From: Alphaproteobacteria bacterium
GTDB taxonomy: Bacteria > Pseudomonadota > Alphaproteobacteria > MPNO01 > UBA830
Length of the DNA stretch: 64,000 bases
Direction: 5' to 3'
Assembly: GCA_965243135.1 (NCBI GenBank)
Contig: OZ251539.1
Span: 96,001-160,000, forward strand
Shown one piece after another: positions 58,620 through 64,000 of the stretch (position 1 is its first letter; each line of letters starts with the position of its first letter). The position numbers and the translations under genes were made by a program. Below the pieces are notes generated by a model. That model was not told the origin of the DNA, did not search any database, and saw only the letters and a program-made list of their open reading frames with translations.

Positions 58620-60417
58620 TGCTCGCGCTATTGTTCGGCAGGTACTTCCTCCCAAGATGGCCGACGAGATATGGTCGGCGCGATACGACAAGGCGTTGCC
58701 AATTTCACTCGACGACTTTGAAATTTCTGCTGTTTTGCCGGCAGTATTCTACATGTTTCGCTTCGGGTGGCGTCGTGGCAAGGGAAATTTTTTTGAGACT
58801 TTCGCACCAGAGAGCCATAATATTCGTGAGCGCAGGCGTGCGGCGACGGTAGAACAGGTAGCCCAAAAGCTGGCAACAAGAGAGGATGTTGATAATTTCC
58901 ACGACGATGTCGAGCGAGCGATACTCGGCGATCTACTGCTCGGATTTAGCCTCGAAAACATCAGGCATGAGCTCGGCAGAGACAAGCAGGTTCAACGGGT
59001 TGCGCCGACCCATTACATGGCAAGTTGGATCGACCTTCCAGAACGTGTGGCACATCTTCGTTTTGTGCCGGAGATGATCGTGGCGATGCTGGCAGATCAG
59101 AAAGGAGATTACGTCGAATCCAATAACAGCGGCGACCGCACATGGTTCCCTGTCATGACAGGGCACGAGGAAAATCTGTTGTTGCGAACGTTTAATCATG
59201 GCGTTTTGCGGGATGGGCATATCGACCACTTAGCATCGGATAAGTTCGACGAGCAGAATAAAAACATCGGAATCGATCAACTACTGATGATCCGACTTGC
59301 GCAGTCGTTGAGATCTGCACCGAAAAAAGCGCAGGATAAGGAGGGAGCTCGAATTTCGAATCAGCGACCGATCTCTGAGCGGGCTGCTCAGTATTTTTCA
59401 GAGGATATTCGTCGTTTCGTTCGCGGGTACGCGTCGGTCATACCTAGGCATACCTTCGTCGACACTTTGGAAGCTTGTGTCGCCACAGGCATGACGGCAA
59501 TTGTTACCAGTGTCGTCGAGATCCTGTTCAAATGGGCTGACACTGGAGAGATCATCAAAAAAGGTGATCAACAACCTGCAAGTATATTCGTGGATTGCTC
59601 GAACGGCGTCGATAGGAATTTACGAAATTTGGCTGAACAATCGCTTGATGACTTGATGCGCCGTATTGAGCGTGTTCCCGTGATCCTGATGATTCTCCGC
59701 CTTCTCGATTATGCGGCGAGAAATAACAAGAAGATCAATAAACAAGAGATTTCGACTAGGCCGTATGCCAAAGCGTGGCTCGAATTGCTTGGTGACCTGC
59801 TCCACAAACGCCACTACGACGACGCGGGGTACATTCACCGCCAAATGGAGGAGCACGGCGCGAATCTGGCCGTAGATTTAGCGGAGGATTATCCCGAGGC
59901 TGCGGAAGCGTTGCGTGACGAGGGGAGAGAGCCGAACTCGATCCGGCGTCTCGCGACGGCACTGACGCCGCTCTTGGGAGCGAATGCTCGAGGCAGCATC
60001 ATGTCCACGGTGGACTCGACGTTGAACGTGGGGAGACCGAACGGGCTGGCCCGCAAGAGGAGGACCACGAGCGGAGCACATGCAGCCGGAATCGGAAAGA
60101 AGCAGCGGGAAGTGCGATCACTTGTTTTCACCGATGCAGTCCTCGACTATCTGGTGCATCTTCATATTCTTTCGAGCGGCGGGAGCTCGGGAGTACGGCC
60201 ACTTTCGCTAAAGAAATTTCTTAGTATAGCTCGCGACCGGTATGGTTTCCATGTTGATATCGCGCCTCCAGGCATGATTATTTCTAACGACCTCCTCCGT
60301 GCGAACCGCATGGTGCTGGAGCGTCGGCTGCGGGATCTTGGGCTTCTGATCGGCGTCAACGATGCGGAGGCGATGAAGCGGTTGCGGCCTCGCTTCGACC
60401 CCGAAATGGAAAACTGA
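58609..60417 (+). CDS. Hypothetical defence protein (MAD7/DptG-like)
   Basis: Overlaps the upstream gene; C-terminus NRMVLERRLRDLGLLIGVNDAEAMKRLRPRF. Confidence 0.65.
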   Translation: MANNARAIVRQVLPPKMADEIWSARYDKALPISLDDFEISAVLPAVFYMFRFGWRRGKGNFFETFAPESHNIRERRRAATVEQVAQKLATREDVDNFHDDVERAILGDLLLGFSLENIRHELGRDKQVQRVAPTHYMASWIDLPERVAHLRFVPEMIVAMLADQKGDYVESNNSGDRTWFPVMTGHEENLLLRTFNHGVLRDGHIDHLASDKFDEQNKNIGIDQLLMIRLAQSLRSAPKKAQDKEGARISNQRPISERAAQYFSEDIRRFVRGYASVIPRHTFVDTLEACVATGMTAIVTSVVEILFKWADTGEIIKKGDQQPASIFVDCSNGVDRNLRNLAEQSLDDLMRRIERVPVILMILRLLDYAARNNKKINKQEISTRPYAKAWLELLGDLLHKRHYDDAGYIHRQMEEHGANLAVDLAEDYPEAAEALRDEGREPNSIRRLATALTPLLGANARGSIMSTVDSTLNVGRPNGLARKRRTTSGAHAAGIGKKQREVRSLVFTDAVLDYLVHLHILSSGGSSGVRPLSLKKFLSIARDRYGFHVDIAPPGMIISNDLLRANRMVLERRLRDLGLLIGVNDAEAMKRLRPRFDPEMEN

Positions 60418-60418
60418 C

Positions 60419-63400
60419 ATGGAATGGACTGGCCTTCATGGACGGCTGCTTGCGAGAGCATTCGAAAAATTGCTCGGGAATTCCCAAGCCGGTGCCATGG
60501 CTTTCGTGCGTTGCTTGACGCCGGACGTGGTCGAATCGCTCGCAATGGACGAATCCTTTGTACTAGCTGGCTGGCGAGTTCTGCGGGTTGCCGACGAGGA
60601 GCATACCGAGAATCGGACCATCACCGCGGACAGGGCGGTGGAAATGCGTGAAATGAAAGGCGAAGCTGTCCTGCTCTTGGTCGATACCGACCTCGCTGGC
60701 GCTGGTATGGACGGTATCTACAGTGCCGTCCGGGAAGTGGATGAAGCCAACCTGTTCCAGGAGGCGACACGTCTGGCGACACGTGAGATCGAACAGGATC
60801 TCCTCCGGACGAACCAAAGTTACGCGAAGCAGGCGATCAAGAAGGCGCGAGGATACGGCGGTAGATGTACGGTGTCTCGATGGGCGGAGTTCGACTTTCT
60901 CTGCCGAGTCGCAGTGGGCGACAGGCCGCCGGGAGCTTATCTGCATCTCCTCGGTTTGTGGCCTGTTCTGGATGACGAGGGCAATGGATTCGACGAATCG
61001 CTGAACACCTCGCGCATTTTTGTGGACCGCCTGTTGGGACCCGCCAGCGCGAGCCTTCCACCCGCCTCGCGCATCAAGGCAGTGCGACTTGACGCGAATT
61101 CGGAGAGAGGGGCTGCCGACTTGGAGCGGTTCCTCCACTCGGTGGACACGAAACCGATGCCTACCGTTTTGGAGTGCCTAGCGGAAAGCGAAGCTCTATG
61201 GATCGGTAATCTCAGAACCGAGCCACCGGCGCAATCGATTCGGGGCATCAAACTTAAGTCTTGGCGAACTAAAAACGGTTCTATCGCTAAAGGGTCCGGC
61301 TTGGTTGATAGCGGGGACCCAAACGATCCACCCGCCTTTATTTTGAAACCGGACGCAGACAAGAGCGGTAATTTCTCGACCTTGGAGATTGAGTGGAAGG
61401 CTGATCCGAACGACCTCAAGAAATACGCAGCCGAATATCGAGTCAGCGTCCAGACGGACCAAGACGAGGAACTCGTCGTTCGCGAGGTTTCGCATTCCGC
61501 ACGGAAAAATGGAGAAAAATGCCGCTTCTCCAACGACGATTTTTCGTTGCTTGACGAGGATACGCAACTTGAAGCCAAGATTGTCGTCGAGGTTGTCGGT
61601 AACGACACGATCGAGCGCCAAGAGAGCGAGGACTTCACAATCCGTTTTGGAAATCCTCCGGAACAGGAAACCGTTGGCGTTGCCGCGAAGGTTCGGACAT
61701 TTAGCGAGGGGCTTGTCGAACTGGGAAGTCACGAAGCCGTATCGATGATCGTGTCGGCTCCCGCGGTCACTGAAGATTCCCAAGGCTTTGTCCTGTTGAG
61801 GACGCCTGTCGCACAGGGAGGGCCAAAGAGTTTTCGGGTCTATCGGCCGTCGCTGGTTGCCGAGGTCGAGAGGCAATGGATGGAGAGACAGGGCGAGATA
61901 GGCCGATGGACTGTCAAAGTGCGAGGTTCCGGCGACCGGGCCGAAGCCCCGCAGTTCGAGCCGCTCGACGGCGGCGATAGCGAAGCGTGGGAGCGGACGG
62001 TGGCGGCCAGCCGCAGTTTCGCTGGGCGCTTCGCCCCGGCCGGCGGAGTCGGTCAAGTGTACGACGAAAAGGCCGAAGCATTCAACGCTGTAGAGGAGTA
62101 TCTGCGGGCTTGGGCCGTGCTCTTGGCGGATGGCGGTTCCTTGTTCTCACTCGCTAACACGGTGGAAGTGCGATCATTGTCGGGCCGCACCATCGGCCTC
62201 ATTGTCCTGCCCGCGCATCCGCTGCGGGTAGCGTGGCATGTCGCCTACGACAACCTCGTACTCCATACCGCCTTCGGGCAGGAACAGAGCGCCGGGGATA
62301 TTCGCAACGAGTTTGCTGCCTTGGACGGCGCCATGTTTCCTACGTTCCTTCCGGATCCGAGCGGCGGCGCTTTCGTCTTCGCTGACACGCTTGGTTTCCA
62401 TGCGGTGGGAATGGTGCCGGACGCGGACAAGGAACCCAAGGCTGCGGTAGCGATTCTTGCCCGCGCTCTGGGGGAGGGGAACACCGCCGACACTGCGCCG
62501 ACGGTCGGTAACCAGAGCGCGGCGGTGTTAACGGACGAAATCCTCAAATACTTGGATTGTCATGGCGCTTCCCGGCTGCTGCACATACACGCGCTTCGCG
62601 CTGGCGACGGTCTCACCGTTGCCCGATCGCTCGGTGGAGTTCACGAACGCTATCGGCAAGACGAAGAGAACGACGATGAGGAGGGCTTCGTCTCGACGCC
62701 AGTGTTCTCGCTGGATCTGTACCCATCCGTCGAGCAGCGTGGCGTCGCAGGACGTTTCATTGTGGAGGCGCTTGAAAAGCGCCGCCGCGGCGCGGGCGTT
62801 TTGGCTGCCGAAGATCGCTGGATGCTGGAGTCCCTCAGCTTTCCTGGAGGTATCAATATGCCTCGGTTACGATGGGCGCGAAAGGACCAGCGAAATCCGA
62901 GTACGGCTGCGCATCTGGCGATTGCGTTCGACACGTTCGAGTCCCGTGCTGTCGTGGATAACGGAAATACAATGAGCGAGGCGCGAAGCTCTGGTCCGCA
63001 TCACGCTTTCGGTCTGCTATTGTCCTACGAACGGCATTATTCAGGCCAGCCTTCACCTGAATGGGTCAGCGCCGTCCCTCCTGCGACGGAAGGCGAAAAA
63101 CATCCGTCCCGCCGTGCGCACACTGAAAGGCTTGCGCTTCTCCGGGAAGTTATACAAGGTGCCGTTTCCCGTCACCTCGGTGGGGGAACCGGGATCCCTA
63201 TACTGAAGACGGAAATTTCCCGCGAGAAGGCGGATAGCCTCGCTGAGTTGCACCGGCTCTGCGATTGGGTCGTCACGCTGGATCGCAACGCGGGCATTGA
63301 GTACTTCGATTCTCCGGAAGACAGCCGGGAAATCTACGACGCCTACGTGATCGACTGCGTGCCGGAGCGAGAAGACTTGGGTTGCCTTCAGTTGATCACG

Positions 63401-64000
63401 TCGACCGCGAACCTGGACGAAGTTCGCGGCTTGCTCGACGACGCGCTTGATCAAATGGGGTTAAGCCGGAGTCGCCGCAACGCAGAGTTTCTCTTGAGGC
63501 ATCTGAAGGCGCTCAGTGGACGATTTGCCCTTCGCCTTACCGGACACAAGCCAGCCGGACTGGATCTCCTCGCTCTGGCGATGTCTCGGGCCAACTGCCA
63601 ACTGACGTCGGGGAGCGACGATTGTTGGGTGTCTCTGAATCAGGGGTTCATTATTCCGGTTGGGGATATCGAAGATCTGCTCACTCCCTTGACTGGCGAC
63701 AAAGATGAAACGGGATCGTGTTCGGGGCTGATTTACGTTGCTTGGGAATCCCGCAGGGGCCTTGCTTTCAGGTTCCTTGAAGTGAAGTATTGCCGTGATC
63801 TGCGGAACGCTCGATCGCCCGATATCTTGCAGCAGATCGATCGGAAACTTCGGTCGGCGCGCGGACGATGGGATGCGTACTACGGCCATGAAGACGCATG
63901 TGCTGCGTTCCGAGCGGTCCGCCGCGCCAAGCTGGCCCGCGTGCTGCGTTTTTATGCCGATAAGGCGAGCAGGCACGGCATGCCGACGGAGCGGCACAAG
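60419..64000 (+). CDS. Very large protein (MAD8/DptH-like), runs off the window
   Basis: ATG 60419 MEWTGLHGRLL...ITADRAVEMRE...; the same frame at the window end reads LARVLRFYADK; absent from the ORF track, consistent with no in-window stop; DWVVTLDRNAGIEYFDSP, FLEVKY. Confidence 0.8.
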   Translation, partial: MEWTGLHGRLLARAFEKLLGNSQAGAMAFVRCLTPDVVESLAMDESFVLAGWRVLRVADEEHTENRTITADRAVEMREMKGEAVLLLVDTDLAGAGMDGIYSAVREVDEANLFQEATRLATREIEQDLLRTNQSYAKQAIKKARGYGGRCTVSRWAEFDFLCRVAVGDRPPGAYLHLLGLWPVLDDEGNGFDESLNTSRIFVDRLLGPASASLPPASRIKAVRLDANSERGAADLERFLHSVDTKPMPTVLECLAESEALWIGNLRTEPPAQSIRGIKLKSWRTKNGSIAKGSGLVDSGDPNDPPAFILKPDADKSGNFSTLEIEWKADPNDLKKYAAEYRVSVQTDQDEELVVREVSHSARKNGEKCRFSNDDFSLLDEDTQLEAKIVVEVVGNDTIERQESEDFTIRFGNPPEQETVGVAAKVRTFSEGLVELGSHEAVSMIVSAPAVTEDSQGFVLLRTPVAQGGPKSFRVYRPSLVAEVERQWMERQGEIGRWTVKVRGSGDRAEAPQFEPLDGGDSEAWERTVAASRSFAGRFAPAGGVGQVYDEKAEAFNAVEEYLRAWAVLLADGGSLFSLANTVEVRSLSGRTIGLIVLPAHPLRVAWHVAYDNLVLHTAFGQEQSAGDIRNEFAALDGAMFPTFLPDPSGGAFVFADTLGFHAVGMVPDADKEPKAAVAILARALGEGNTADTAPTVGNQSAAVLTDEILKYLDCHGASRLLHIHALRAGDGLTVARSLGGVHERYRQDEENDDEEGFVSTPVFSLDLYPSVEQRGVAGRFIVEALEKRRRGAGVLAAEDRWMLESLSFPGGINMPRLRWARKDQRNPSTAAHLAIAFDTFESRAVVDNGNTMSEARSSGPHHAFGLLLSYERHYSGQPSPEWVSAVPPATEGEKHPSRRAHTERLALLREVIQGAVSRHLGGGTGIPILKTEISREKADSLAELHRLCDWVVTLDRNAGIEYFDSPEDSREIYDAYVIDCVPEREDLGCLQLITSTANLDEVRGLLDDALDQMGLSRSRRNAEFLLRHLKALSGRFALRLTGHKPAGLDLLALAMSRANCQLTSGSDDCWVSLNQGFIIPVGDIEDLLTPLTGDKDETGSCSGLIYVAWESRRGLAFRFLEVKYCRDLRNARSPDILQQIDRKLRSARGRWDAYYGHEDACAAFRAVRRAKLARVLRFYADKASRHGMPTERHK

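Overview
High-GC window from an alphaproteobacterium; the 16S sequence looks Rhodospirillales-like. 1-12 kb is catabolic: an hmfABCDE-like 2-furoyl-CoA pathway, a DUF1194/vWA gene split by a decayed IS (16-bp IRs, 9-bp TSD), RidA, a hydrolase, a two-subunit TPP decarboxylase, an ALDH and an NADH:flavin oxidoreductase. 12.3-17.3 kb is a complete rRNA operon (16S, tRNA-Ile, tRNA-Ala, 23S, 5S, tRNA-fMet). Everything after tRNA-fMet looks like a mosaic accessory region. It holds (i) an NHLP/proteusin RiPP cluster with a Trp-terminated precursor, an unassigned putative prenyltransferase-like maturase, the three-gene NHLP exporter and a stand-alone class II terpene-cyclase-like protein; (ii) a 4922-aa Calx-beta-repeat autotransporter; (iii) a second NHLP precursor, missed by the ORF track, next to an orphan JAB/NlpC-P60 peptidase; (iv) relaxase, integrase and toxin-antitoxin remnants; (v) an m5C methyltransferase + DUF4928 + vsr followed by a NERD-kinase-kinase-ATPase three-gene module resembling MAD6/7/8 or DptFGH, which runs off the window. 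All family assignments come from motif recognition by eye; no searches were run.
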